Shown here piece after piece: positions 17,178 to 26,572 of a stretch of DNA of 40,946 nucleotides. The notes beneath the pieces are model-generated. The model was given only the letters and a program-made list of their open reading frames with translations, had not been told where the DNA came from and ran no database searches. How positions within the stretch are numbered: the stretch's first letter is position 1; every line of letters starts with the position of its first letter. The translations under genes and the position numbers were made by a program. The DNA is from Enterococcus phage vB_EfaS_785CS, in the sequence record MZ182246.1; one strand, 5' to 3'.

Positions 17178-18137
17178 ATGAAGAACATTGCAGAATTTAA
17201 AAATGCACCAGAACTAGCTGAAAAACTATTGGAAGTATTCAGTAACTTAAAAGGTAATTCACGAAGTCTTGACCCTATGAGAGCTGGTCAACATGATGTG
17301 GTTGTGATTGAATCAACTGAAAAGTTATCAGCAAAAGGAAAAGAAATGAAAGTAGTTAAAATGCGCTCACTAGAAGATGGTAGGGACGTTACAAGCTACA
17401 TCATGAAGTTTCGCAAATATGACTGGGATAAATGGAAAAATGTTGAAGTTGGTGACCGTTTATTGATTGATTTGAAGTTCAGTAATGGTTTTGCTACAGT
17501 AAAACCAATCAGAAGTATTTCAAGTGGTAATGTTGTACCATTTAAACCAAGTGAACCATTAACAAAGCAAACCATTTTATTATTTGATATTGAGATTTTT
17601 AAACATGACAGTTTATTTGTATTTCGTGATTACTTTACCAAAGAATGGGTTATCATTAATAACAACCTTGACGAATTACGCAAGTTTTACCTTGAATACC
17701 GTGATTCAATGTTTATTGGGTATAATAATGCGTCATATGACAACAATGTAATGCGTGGGTATCTACAAGGCAAAAATGCTTATCAGATGTCTAAGGCAAT
17801 TATTGAATCAGATAATAGAGGTCTAGTTTACAAAATGTTTGATAGTCATAAAACACCACTTTTTGGTATGGACCTATATCAAGATAACAAAGGTTTTAGC
17901 TTAAAAGAACATTCAGCATTCTTAGGCATCAACATTAAAGAAACAGAAGTAGACTTTGATATGGATAGACCATTGACAGAGGAAGAAAAAGCGAAAAACA
18001 TTGCATACTGTAAAAATGATGTATTAGCAACTGAAAAACGTTTTGAACAAAACATAAGTATGTTGTTAGCTAAAGCAACTATTGCTTTAATGTTTGACAT
18101 GGATAAGACAGACTTATTACAACCAATGCTAACTTAA
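17178..18137 (+). CDS. family-B DNA polymerase, N-terminal and 3'-5' exonuclease part
   Basis: Exo I LLFDIEIF, Exo II GYNNASYDNNV, Exo III YCKNDVLATE. Confidence 0.7.
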   Translation: MKNIAEFKNAPELAEKLLEVFSNLKGNSRSLDPMRAGQHDVVVIESTEKLSAKGKEMKVVKMRSLEDGRDVTSYIMKFRKYDWDKWKNVEVGDRLLIDLKFSNGFATVKPIRSISSGNVVPFKPSEPLTKQTILLFDIEIFKHDSLFVFRDYFTKEWVIINNNLDELRKFYLEYRDSMFIGYNNASYDNNVMRGYLQGKNAYQMSKAIIESDNRGLVYKMFDSHKTPLFGMDLYQDNKGFSLKEHSAFLGINIKETEVDFDMDRPLTEEEKAKNIAYCKNDVLATEKRFEQNISMLLAKATIALMFDMDKTDLLQPMLT

Positions 18138-18181
18138 CAGCTAAGTTACTTGGTGCAACCAAACAAGAAGTTAGACCAGAC

Positions 18182-19468
18182 TTGACAGACCCATTAGAGT
18201 TAGATAAACGATTAAACATTAATACAAAAGAGATTGCAGACGCATATCTCAATCATGACTTTGAATTAAACGAAAAAGGCAAACTAAACGTGTCACTAAA
18301 CTACACTACTGAAGATGGTTATGAAATGGTCTATGGTAGTGGTGGTGTACACGGTGCGGTACCTAGCTATATTCATATTGGATTATTCCCAATGCGTGAC
18401 TGGGGTTCACTATATCCAAATACAATGGTTCAGTTCAACCTACTATCAAGAAACATTCCAAAAGATAAACTTCACCGCTATAGTGACTTACTTAAACAAC
18501 GCATGGATGCTAAGTATTCAGGTGAAGAAACAGCAGATATTAAAGGCGTAAAGGTACCAACTTGGGTAATGATTAACGGTATCAAGTTACCGCTTAACAC
18601 TAAGTTTGGTGCCAGTGGTGCGCAGTTTAATGGTTTATATGACCCAAGAAACCAATTCTTGGTTTGTGCAACTGGTCAGTTGATTATGACAAACATGTTT
18701 GAATTAATTAAAGGTAAAGCACAATTCATTCAATCAAATACGGACGCACACGCATATATTCCAAACAGTGAAGCAGATGATAAAGCAATTGATGAAGCTT
18801 TAGATGAGTTCGCCAACAAGATTGGTCTTACACTAGATAAAGATATGTTCCGTGAGATTTGGCAAAAAGATGTAAATAATTATATTGCAGTACAACCAAA
18901 TGGAAAAGTAAAAGTAAAAGGTGCTATAGGCTTAACTGGTGGTATGAAAGTGTCAAAAGCGATTGTATCAAATGCGTTCATTAATTATCTGGTAGCTGGT
19001 AAAGACTACAAAGAATTTATTGAAGAATGTGAAGATGTAAGACAGTTTCAAATTATTACCAAAACTGGCTGGAGTTACGATAAAACAATTAAAAGAGACA
19101 TTGAAGGTAATGAAACCAGTGCTCAAAAGGTTAACCGCGTATTCGCAGTAAAAGACAAAACTAATGCAGTAGAATTGTTTAAGGTCAAAGAAGGTCAATT
19201 ATTAGATATTGAAGCTGATGAATTTAAGGATAATATTTCATATACAAAAGGATTGGTAAACGCTCCAGAATACTACAGAATCAGTAATGAAGCAATTGGT
19301 GAAGGTATTACCATTGATGAAATTGACAAACAATACTATATTGACCAGGTAGAAGACACGTTAGTCCTTTGGTTTGGTGAAAACTACAAAGAAAGGGTTG
19401 AACAAGCACATCATGAAAGAGAATTACAAGGATTCAAACCAGTTGAAGTGAAAAATTATATTGACTAA
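18182..19468 (+). CDS. family-B DNA polymerase, polymerase part
   Basis: Motif A DWGSLYPNTM (Dx2SLYP), motif B-like KLPLNTKFG, motif C-like SNTDAHAY. The frame is open upstream to 18107. The track's start is a TTG. Confidence 0.7.
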   Translation: MTDPLELDKRLNINTKEIADAYLNHDFELNEKGKLNVSLNYTTEDGYEMVYGSGGVHGAVPSYIHIGLFPMRDWGSLYPNTMVQFNLLSRNIPKDKLHRYSDLLKQRMDAKYSGEETADIKGVKVPTWVMINGIKLPLNTKFGASGAQFNGLYDPRNQFLVCATGQLIMTNMFELIKGKAQFIQSNTDAHAYIPNSEADDKAIDEALDEFANKIGLTLDKDMFREIWQKDVNNYIAVQPNGKVKVKGAIGLTGGMKVSKAIVSNAFINYLVAGKDYKEFIEECEDVRQFQIITKTGWSYDKTIKRDIEGNETSAQKVNRVFAVKDKTNAVELFKVKEGQLLDIEADEFKDNISYTKGLVNAPEYYRISNEAIGEGITIDEIDKQYYIDQVEDTLVLWFGENYKERVEQAHHERELQGFKPVEVKNYID

Positions 19469-19472
19469 AGTG

Positions 19473-19501
19473 TTGACAAATGATAGGTAAGGTGTTATAC
19501 T
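19473..19501 (+). promoter_or_regulatory. promoter TTGACA-N17-TGtTATACT
   Basis: Inverted repeat gataggtaa / ttacctatc around the -10. Confidence 0.45.
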
Positions 19502-19531
19502 TTACCTATCAACTAATAGGAGGAATTAAGA

Positions 19532-19801
19532 ATGATTAAAGTATATACTAAAAATAATTGCATGGCTTGCAAAATTACCAAGCGCAAACTACAGGAGTTA
19601 GGTGTTAACTATAAAGAAATTAATGTAGATGAAGATTGGAAAGGATTAAACTATTTATTAGAGCGGGGGTTAACTTCTTTACCAGTGGTTTTCAAAGATG
19701 ATGAACCTATTGTAACTGGTGGATTTGCACCAAATATCTTAGAAACCTGTGTGTCAGAGGAGCATTCTAAGCACTTTTCAGATGAAAAGGTGGGTAATTA
19801 A
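19532..19801 (+). CDS. nrdH: NrdH/glutaredoxin-like redoxin
   Basis: IKVYTKNNCMACK with a CxxC active site. Size 89 aa. Confidence 0.75.
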   Translation: MIKVYTKNNCMACKITKRKLQELGVNYKEINVDEDWKGLNYLLERGLTSLPVVFKDDEPIVTGGFAPNILETCVSEEHSKHFSDEKVGN

Positions 19802-19803
19802 TC

Positions 19804-20334
19804 ATGAAAGAACACTGGAGAGATATTAAAGATTATGAAGGGTTATATCAGGTTAGTGACTTAGGTAGAGTGAAAAGATGTAAAGGTAGTTATTCGCGGT
19901 CAGAACGGATTTTGAAACCACAGTTTAATAACCATGGTTATCTGCGTGTACACTTATATAAAAATAATAAACCAACGCACATTAGAGTTCACCGTTTAGT
20001 AGCAGAAGCATTCATACCTAACCTAGAAAACAAACCAGAGGTAAACCATCTTGATGAAGATAAAACAAACAACATGGTCTCTAATCTTGAATGGTGTACA
20101 AGAAACGAGAATGTAAATCACGGAACACGTAATAAAAGAATTTCAAAGAAACTTAAAGTAATATCTAAGGGAACCAAAATCAAAGCTATAGATATAGCAA
20201 ACGGCGAATGGAATGAGTATTGCTCAATTAGAGAATGTGCGAGACAGTTAGAGCTTGATTCGTCCAATATCAGAAAGTGTTTAAACGGTGAACGCAGACA
20301 CACTGGTGGGTATATGTTTGAATATTTAGAATAA
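19804..20334 (+). CDS. HNH homing endonuclease (NUMOD4 + HNH_3)
   Basis: WRDIKDYEGLYQVSDLGRVKR. VHRLVAEAFIPN..VNHLDEDKTNNMVSNLEW. Confidence 0.85.
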   Translation: MKEHWRDIKDYEGLYQVSDLGRVKRCKGSYSRSERILKPQFNNHGYLRVHLYKNNKPTHIRVHRLVAEAFIPNLENKPEVNHLDEDKTNNMVSNLEWCTRNENVNHGTRNKRISKKLKVISKGTKIKAIDIANGEWNEYCSIRECARQLELDSSNIRKCLNGERRHTGGYMFEYLE

Positions 20335-20341
20335 ACATAAA

Positions 20342-20378
20342 TAAAACACCTCTTTTCAGAGGTGTTTTATTCTTTTTA
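20342..20378. terminator. bidirectional rho-independent terminator between the convergent early and late blocks
   Basis: aaaacacctct-tttc-agaggtgtttt followed by tattcttttt. Confidence 0.7.
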
Positions 20379-21371
20379 TTGATACATTAAGGCTTGTTTA
20401 CTATCTGTGAACAACCAAATGAACTCCTCAGGTAATTGTACATGAGATAATGTATAACCATTGTAAGGTGTTTGTTCTTGTACTACACCAGTACTATTTT
20501 CTTGGAAGTTGAAATAATCGCCAACTTTTAATACTTGGTCTTTAGTAGGTTGTCCTGTTGCTGGATTAACCTTGTCAACAACTTCCACTGGAATACCATT
20601 ATCAGTCCAATTAAAGTCAATTTTACCTAAATGTTCATTATAGATTTGCCACATTCCGTTTACATACTCTAATCCGTCTACGCGGTAATTGAAACGTTTT
20701 TTATCACTTGGTTTACTAGGTTGCGCTGGTTTAGGTTGTGTTGGTTTATTAGGTTTAGGAGTAGGTGTTGCTGTGTTACCACCAACCCCATTAGCTAAGT
20801 CTTTAGCAAGTTGCGCTTTACTGATTCCCATTTCTGCTAAGTAACCATATGGGTCTGTGTGGTCTCCCCAGACATAATCTGATACCCATTTATGAGATAT
20901 AACACCTTTTTCCCAAACAGAAGAACCTTGGTCAAGTGTCATAGGAATACCAAACTTTTTACCCATGTCCCTTGTATAATCAATGTATGCTTTATAGTTC
21001 TTTTTGAACAATTCCTTATCATGTGTATGTTGCAACTCAATTTGAATAGGTGCGTATGGGTTTGCATTACCAGCTCCCCATGAGATGTTACCTTCTGGTG
21101 CAATCTTATAAACAATACCACCATCACCAACGATAGCTGTTGTATGAGCATTAAACCAGTTGTTTTTCATGTACGTTGCTTCATTTCGTCCTGTGGCACG
21201 TTCGTTAGCAGTTTCATGTAAGATAATCTTATTAGGTACTGCAACCTGTCCTGAACCTTCCCAAGGGCTTAAATTAAACTCGTTATTAACTTCATATGCG
21301 TTAGCTGTTTGCATTCCAGCAAACAAACCAATGGTTGCTAATGCACCAAATAAAATACCTTTTAATTTCAT
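20376..21371 (-). CDS. endolysin: N-acetylmuramoyl-L-alanine amidase (Amidase_2/PGRP) with N-terminal signal peptide, Pro-rich linker and C-terminal binding domain
   Basis: MKLKGILFGALATIGLFAGMQTANA signal-like N-terminus. ILHETAN...WGAGNAN...IQIEL amidase_2 blocks. TPTPKPNKPTQPKPAQPSKP linker. Confidence 0.75.
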   Translation of the reverse strand: MKLKGILFGALATIGLFAGMQTANAYEVNNEFNLSPWEGSGQVAVPNKIILHETANERATGRNEATYMKNNWFNAHTTAIVGDGGIVYKIAPEGNISWGAGNANPYAPIQIELQHTHDKELFKKNYKAYIDYTRDMGKKFGIPMTLDQGSSVWEKGVISHKWVSDYVWGDHTDPYGYLAEMGISKAQLAKDLANGVGGNTATPTPKPNKPTQPKPAQPSKPSDKKRFNYRVDGLEYVNGMWQIYNEHLGKIDFNWTDNGIPVEVVDKVNPATGQPTKDQVLKVGDYFNFQENSTGVVQEQTPYNGYTLSHVQLPEEFIWLFTDSKQALMYQ

Positions 21372-21373
21372 AC

Positions 21374-21607
21374 TTATTTATCCTCCTTATTGTCTTTAAT
21401 ACCTTTTGTGGTTGGGTCTATAACTACTCCTAAAATACTTAACACAACGAATACCGCATTAACAACGTCAATTAGTTGTTGGCTCAAACCAGTTAGGTTT
21501 GATAAGTCCAATCCAAAAATGTTACCCACAACTTGAATCAGAACAATTACCGCTGGAATTAAAGCAATCCAGAAGGCTTTGTTTTTGATACGTGTTTTCC
21601 AATCCAT
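21374..21607 (-). CDS. holin (phiLC3-like family)
   Basis: 77 aa, two TM helices, conserved DPTTKGI.D motif. Confidence 0.7.
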   Translation of the reverse strand: MDWKTRIKNKAFWIALIPAVIVLIQVVGNIFGLDLSNLTGLSQQLIDVVNAVFVVLSILGVVIDPTTKGIKDNKEDK

Positions 21608-21621
21608 CTTTTACACTCTCC

Positions 21622-21867
21622 TTATAATAATGTAATAATCGCACTAATGACAGCTACAATAATTGCGCTACCTACAGTACGTGATAACCATTTCAAGCGG
21701 TCATTTATACTAGCAATGTCTTTCTCGTTTTGAATTGAACGGTGATGTGTTTCACTTAGTAAATGATTGTTAGCCTTTAACTCATTTTTCAATTCTGGAA
21801 TACCTTCTAAGCTTGATTCAATTCTTGCCAGTTGTACTTTTATTTCCATAAAGTCCTTTTCTTCCAT
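21622..21867 (-). CDS. XhlA-like lysis-associated membrane protein
   Basis: 81 aa, coiled coil plus a C-terminal TM helix, next to the holin. Confidence 0.45.
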   Translation of the reverse strand: MEEKDFMEIKVQLARIESSLEGIPELKNELKANNHLLSETHHRSIQNEKDIASINDRLKWLSRTVGSAIIVAVISAIITLL

Positions 21868-22012
21868 GTTAGCATCTCCTTATTTTATAGTAAACCACCG
21901 CCTTTCAGCTACTATTATAGTATATCACTTAAATAGGGGAAATGGTGTGCTTCATAGGAACATTCTAAGCGTTTTTCAGTCGCCAATGTGGGTGATTATC
22001 CATTTAAAAGCA

Positions 22013-22046
22013 AATAAAAACACCCCTGAAAAGAGGTGTTTTATAT
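22013..22046 (-). terminator. rho-independent terminator after the tail genes
   Basis: aaaacacccct-gaaaa-gaggtgtttt. The minus strand then shows a U-run. It is a near-identical inverted copy of the 20342 hairpin. Confidence 0.6.
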
Positions 22047-24400
22047 TATGCAACTGGGAATAATTCTTCTATCTGTACGTTTACTAAACGCATTGCAAAC
22101 AGATTATTTCTACTTGCTCGTAATTCTAGTACGCAACCAAACCATTGACCAGCTTTCACATCAATTACAACTGTTGCAGTACCAAGCCACTGAAGTTTGA
22201 TTGCGTCTTGTGTACCAGTACCAATTGCTGAAGATATCAAAACACCACCACTGGTTGACTTTAATTCATTGTAGGTATCTTTTACTTGCATTTTACAATA
22301 GGCATAGTCTGATGATGTGCTAGCATTATCACCTTGAAATAGAACTGTTGCTTGAAACTTAATTTTTGCGTCACGCTGTGCTTGGAATGCGTCATTAGCC
22401 TGATTCTTCTGAACTAGTCCGTTTAATGCTTTAATGTCAGTATTAAAACCAAGTGCAACCAGATTTCCAAACTTGAATAGATTACCACTCTTTGCGTTAG
22501 TAATGTTTGTACCTTCGCCCCATGCTGAAATGTTTGGGCTGTGACCATTAACCTTTATTAGACCGCCTGTAAGCTCTGTGGTTCCTGTCAATACTGCTGG
22601 GTTGCTACCTTCCTTGGTTGTTGTTACAAAGCTAAGACCTCTAGGTTCTAGTGTTACCTGTTGGTTTGTTTCAACGTTTGCCACAGTATAATCAAGTTCA
22701 TTTAGGTACACTCTGTTTGCTGATATTAACCCGTTGGCTTTTCTTTCTATCTTTGTACCTGTTGCGTTATCATACTTATTAATTGTATTAAGTATTTCAC
22801 CATACTTAATTAGTGTTGTTTCTTCTGACCGCAGTTTTTCAATTGTTGAACCAGTTGGTATAATATAGGTGTCATTATCTTGTAGTATCTCACCTTCACC
22901 AATGGTATTAACTCCTTGTCTGCGAACAATCCCACCATCTATATTTTCCTTAGTGTTCCAACTATTGATAAACTTAGACCCATTAATTGTTGAACTGTTG
23001 ATTTTAACAGCGTTCAGTGTTTCAATGTTTAGAATAGACTGGTCTATTGTCTGGTCTTGCCACTGACCATCTTTAAAGACCTTGTATGCTGATACCATTA
23101 CTTCACCTGTATCAACTCTTACTAGTTCACCTTCTGCTGTTAAATCTCTATATTCGATACTCTGTTGAACCCACCAAATATCGTTTTCTTTAGGTGCTTC
23201 TGGTTCTTCTGGCTGTACAAAAACTTGTGGTACACTATTAAACATCTTTTCTGTTTTATTGTTTAGATTAATTTGTATCTCTCTTAATTGTTCAGCAATT
23301 CCAGATTCTAAACGCACAAAATCAGATAATACGGCTTCACAAGTGTATGATTCATAGTTAAATGTCAATTCTTGAACACGTGAACTAAGATATAGTTTTT
23401 CGTTTTCATCAACTAATTCAACGGTATCGCCTACTTGCAATAACTCTGGAATATTGGCAATGTCAACAATATAATTTGTCACTGGTTGACTGTACTTTTT
23501 AAGATGTGAAACCACGTTGTTTATAAGTGTACTCTTGTTTGTGGTTTCCCACTGCTTGTGTTGTAAGAAGTAATGTGAGTTAGTGTTATCTCTTGACCAT
23601 TGTTTAATGTTCTGTGTATCACGTATGATACCATCTGTCTTATTCAACACAAAGCGACCTTCTGGGTCTTTCCAGTTATACCCTTTTAAGTTAATAGGTT
23701 GGTCCTTACCTTCTTCTGTACCACCTGTAGCATAGATAGCATTCACAAGTTGGTATATATCTTCTTCAACTACAATTGAATGAATGTCTTTATTCACAAA
23801 CATTCTGTGAAAATCAGTTGTACCACGTTTTTTCTTAATATCAATATAACGTTGACTTAGTTGGTTTCCAATAAATTCAAATCTAAACTCTATTTCTGCA
23901 TTGTCAAATTGTGTTGCAACTGATTGGATACGCTCTAATGCTGTTGCTTCACCTTCCCATTCAAGTTTGCGTGTTAGTTTTGAAATTTCATTTACACCAA
24001 TCTTGAAACCACTGTCATACGTAAACTTATTAATGTAATGCGCAACATTATATGCTTTGTCTGCTTTGTAGTCACTTACTGTTTCATTTAATAAGTCTAG
24101 TCCAGCATCTTCACATTCTAATGTTCTAATCTGTGTAAGTGGATTGTGTGTTGATTTTAAAATGGTCATCCACTCATGTTTACCATTAAGGTCAATGTAT
24201 AAAACGTAGTTACCTACCTTGAAAAAGTCTTTTGCCAATCCTGTTGTTTCTGGTGTGAAGCTAATATCCATTGACATTCTACGCGAGGACGTTTCAAGCG
24301 TGGAAACGTCCTGTGCAGAAATTACTTTGAATAATGTATCACCGTCTGTACTTATAACTGTTTCTAGTCTGAACTCACGGTCTGTAATATAAAAATCCAT
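22046..24400 (-). CDS. tail-associated protein (Tal-like minor structural protein / receptor-binding candidate)
   Basis: 784 aa, last gene of the tail operon. The N-terminal region resembles the phage minor structural protein N-terminal domain. The C-terminal region is Gly/Thr/Asn-rich. Confidence 0.5.
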   Translation of the reverse strand: MDFYITDREFRLETVISTDGDTLFKVISAQDVSTLETSSRRMSMDISFTPETTGLAKDFFKVGNYVLYIDLNGKHEWMTILKSTHNPLTQIRTLECEDAGLDLLNETVSDYKADKAYNVAHYINKFTYDSGFKIGVNEISKLTRKLEWEGEATALERIQSVATQFDNAEIEFRFEFIGNQLSQRYIDIKKKRGTTDFHRMFVNKDIHSIVVEEDIYQLVNAIYATGGTEEGKDQPINLKGYNWKDPEGRFVLNKTDGIIRDTQNIKQWSRDNTNSHYFLQHKQWETTNKSTLINNVVSHLKKYSQPVTNYIVDIANIPELLQVGDTVELVDENEKLYLSSRVQELTFNYESYTCEAVLSDFVRLESGIAEQLREIQINLNNKTEKMFNSVPQVFVQPEEPEAPKENDIWWVQQSIEYRDLTAEGELVRVDTGEVMVSAYKVFKDGQWQDQTIDQSILNIETLNAVKINSSTINGSKFINSWNTKENIDGGIVRRQGVNTIGEGEILQDNDTYIIPTGSTIEKLRSEETTLIKYGEILNTINKYDNATGTKIERKANGLISANRVYLNELDYTVANVETNQQVTLEPRGLSFVTTTKEGSNPAVLTGTTELTGGLIKVNGHSPNISAWGEGTNITNAKSGNLFKFGNLVALGFNTDIKALNGLVQKNQANDAFQAQRDAKIKFQATVLFQGDNASTSSDYAYCKMQVKDTYNELKSTSGGVLISSAIGTGTQDAIKLQWLGTATVVIDVKAGQWFGCVLELRASRNNLFAMRLVNVQIEELFPVA

Positions 24401-24411
24401 TTAAATTCCTC

Positions 24412-25977
24412 CTATAAATATCTTTCATTTACTGAAACATTAACTACTGGGGTCAATGCAAAATCAGAATAAACTGGTTTTATTACTGTTTCACCAATTG
24501 GTAATACAAATTTCTCCCAGTCGTTACCTAGTGTGTTTAGTGTTCCGTTTGGTGTTCCATTAACGTAAAGCGTACGTGTTGCTGTGTCAATTGTTACTTG
24601 GTCACCGTTTTGGAATACGTTTTTCACATCTTGTAGATATGGTGTATCTTTCCAACGCATTTTAGCATCTGAAATATCCATTAATATATGCAGATTTGAG
24701 CGCCATCTTTGAAACCAAGTTCCGAACTCGTAAATCTGTTGTGTGTTTTTTTCATTAAGCGTATACTTATATTCATCTTTCTTGACAACATTGTCAAACT
24801 GATTAATTGATTTGATTGAACACAAGCGCCATACTAGTTTATCACCTAAGCGTTCTAAGTTGATTTCTCGCCACCCATTGCCAAATTTCTTTTTATCAAA
24901 TGTTTGGGTGTGAATTACTTTACCTTGGTATACAATCTCAATCAAGATGTTATCGCTGGTTGTTGTTGAATCACGGAATACTGCACCCATTACATACTCA
25001 CCAGCTGTATCTACAAGGTTAAATTCAACACGTCCCATTGCTTGTGGTGAATATGAATACTTGAAGTTGAAACGTATGTTTGCTGTAAAGTTTAATGTTC
25101 TGTCATTGGTTGAACTTGGTGGTATAACTGCAACCATGCTTGGTCCATGCCAGTATTGGTCATTTGCGCTACCAAAAACAGGTGTGGCACTATTTGGGTC
25201 TAGTGTCATATCTATTGTACCATCAAATATGTTAGGTTTATTAATATCACCACCATAGTTTGGATAGCTTGAAACGAACCCCTCGTTAATTCTAAAGTCA
25301 TCTAATGGTTTGTTACCCCAAAAGTCCCACCACTTAACTGTTTCTACCTTTGTCTTTTCAATATAATCTTTTTCAGCTGGGTAACCAAACTGTAAAACAT
25401 TTCCTTTACCATCAACTAAACCACAGAATGCGTTATCACTATTCATTTTAAATGTGTATGTTGGATATGATTTGTAAGTTCCTTTGTTTTGAATTGTGAT
25501 GTTTTCAGTGTATTGGAATTCTGATGGAACGTACTGCCCTGTTGTTTCTGGGTTTAAATACATGTAAGGTCTAGCATATGCAACGCTAAACTCACTACCA
25601 AAAGCGGAATACTGGAAGTTAATTCCTTTTACATTAGGCGATTCAAGCTTAATGTCTAAATAGAAGTGGGTCCATTCTGTAGTCCCTTTAGGAATATCTC
25701 TAGTGTGTCGTTTCAAGATTCTAAGTGGTGCATCTCCCCATTCTTCTACTACAATTCTTCCAGCAATGTCTGCATCATCTGAATCAACAAAGCCTTTAAA
25801 TGTAATACCAGCAACAACCCTGTCACCTACTTTTAAATCAGGAATCATTCTTCTGGTATACTGGTTCATTTGAAACCACGCTTGACCTTCCGTTCCTGTC
25901 TTAAGATATTCAAAAGGTACACCACTTGTAAAGTCTGCACCAATAACTGTGCTTCCTAATCTTTTTTCTGGTAACAC
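24412..25977 (-). CDS. tail tip/baseplate component (Dit-like region)
   Basis: 521 aa. The internal ITIQNKGTYKSYPTYTFKMNSD...GNVLQFGYP block resembles the galectin-like part of siphovirus distal tail proteins. Confidence 0.45.
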   Translation of the reverse strand: MLPEKRLGSTVIGADFTSGVPFEYLKTGTEGQAWFQMNQYTRRMIPDLKVGDRVVAGITFKGFVDSDDADIAGRIVVEEWGDAPLRILKRHTRDIPKGTTEWTHFYLDIKLESPNVKGINFQYSAFGSEFSVAYARPYMYLNPETTGQYVPSEFQYTENITIQNKGTYKSYPTYTFKMNSDNAFCGLVDGKGNVLQFGYPAEKDYIEKTKVETVKWWDFWGNKPLDDFRINEGFVSSYPNYGGDINKPNIFDGTIDMTLDPNSATPVFGSANDQYWHGPSMVAVIPPSSTNDRTLNFTANIRFNFKYSYSPQAMGRVEFNLVDTAGEYVMGAVFRDSTTTSDNILIEIVYQGKVIHTQTFDKKKFGNGWREINLERLGDKLVWRLCSIKSINQFDNVVKKDEYKYTLNEKNTQQIYEFGTWFQRWRSNLHILMDISDAKMRWKDTPYLQDVKNVFQNGDQVTIDTATRTLYVNGTPNGTLNTLGNDWEKFVLPIGETVIKPVYSDFALTPVVNVSVNERYL

Positions 25978-26051
25978 TTTTACCCAAGGTTTTAAATACT
26001 GGTTAATCTTAGTGAACTCACTATCATAGATTAAATTAATATTACCACTTT

Positions 26052-26492
26052 TTACATTTGTAAACCCAGCTGGTTTATAGCATGCGCCAATCCATCAGGT
26101 ACATCAAACACTAATGTAAATGGTGTATACTTTGTGTCTGTTGCATCATACTCTTGTGTTCCACTGTAGATAGCATTGAAATACCTATCTGGAAATAAAT
26201 CTAAGATAAGTCTTTTTGGTTCATCACTGTTTATTATCTTGACTAATTCATCCTTTGTTTCTGAAACAGTCATACCACTATTGTCTGAAATGATGAAACC
26301 ATCAATGCTAATACTGTAGTCACCTAGTTTACTGTTTCTGAAATGTTTGCCATCAGTGTTGCCTACTGTGAAAAAGTCGTTATCTTTTGATAAAAAAGGT
26401 ATGTTCACTTTGGCTATTTGAAATAAGTGTGTTGTTTCCTTACCATCAAAGGTAAAGCTTCTTAAAAAATCATAATTTTCAGCCATTCTCAT
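26052..26492 (-). CDS. distal tail protein (Dit) N-terminal belt-domain-like protein
   Basis: 146 aa. LILDLFPDRYFNAIY and FTLVFDVPDGLAH are consistent with the Sipho_tail N-terminal domain. Confidence 0.4.
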   Translation of the reverse strand: MRMAENYDFLRSFTFDGKETTHLFQIAKVNIPFLSKDNDFFTVGNTDGKHFRNSKLGDYSISIDGFIISDNSGMTVSETKDELVKIINSDEPKRLILDLFPDRYFNAIYSGTQEYDATDTKYTPFTLVFDVPDGLAHAINQLGLQM

Positions 26493-26526
26493 TCTCCTTT
26501 ATAATTTACTATACTAGTATTATAAC

Positions 26527-26572
26527 ACAAAAGACAACCCTTGTAAAGGGGTTGTCTTAATGTTTTTTAAAT
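26527..26572. terminator. bidirectional hairpin terminator after the tape measure gene
   Basis: Perfect 10-bp stem aagacaaccc / gggttgtctt with U-rich flanks on both strands. Confidence 0.5.

Noticed and set aside
2114-20303. Minus-strand ORFs nested in the early rightward block (2114-2350, 2760-2957, 3915-4133, 5503-5874, 5999-6286, 6618-6890, 6906-7100, 7358-7582, 9076-9285, 10215-10436, 10787-11021, 11205-11396, 12837-13025, 14450-14953, 15457-15663, 16205-16396, 17879-18100, 18968-19198, 20118-20303) and plus-strand alternatives at 15753-15959 and 18315-18551.
   Set aside because: All lie antisense to or out of frame within better-supported genes. They lack Shine-Dalgarno sequences in a genome where real genes almost always have AGGAGG, and they have Leu/Ser/Phe-rich shadow-ORF composition.
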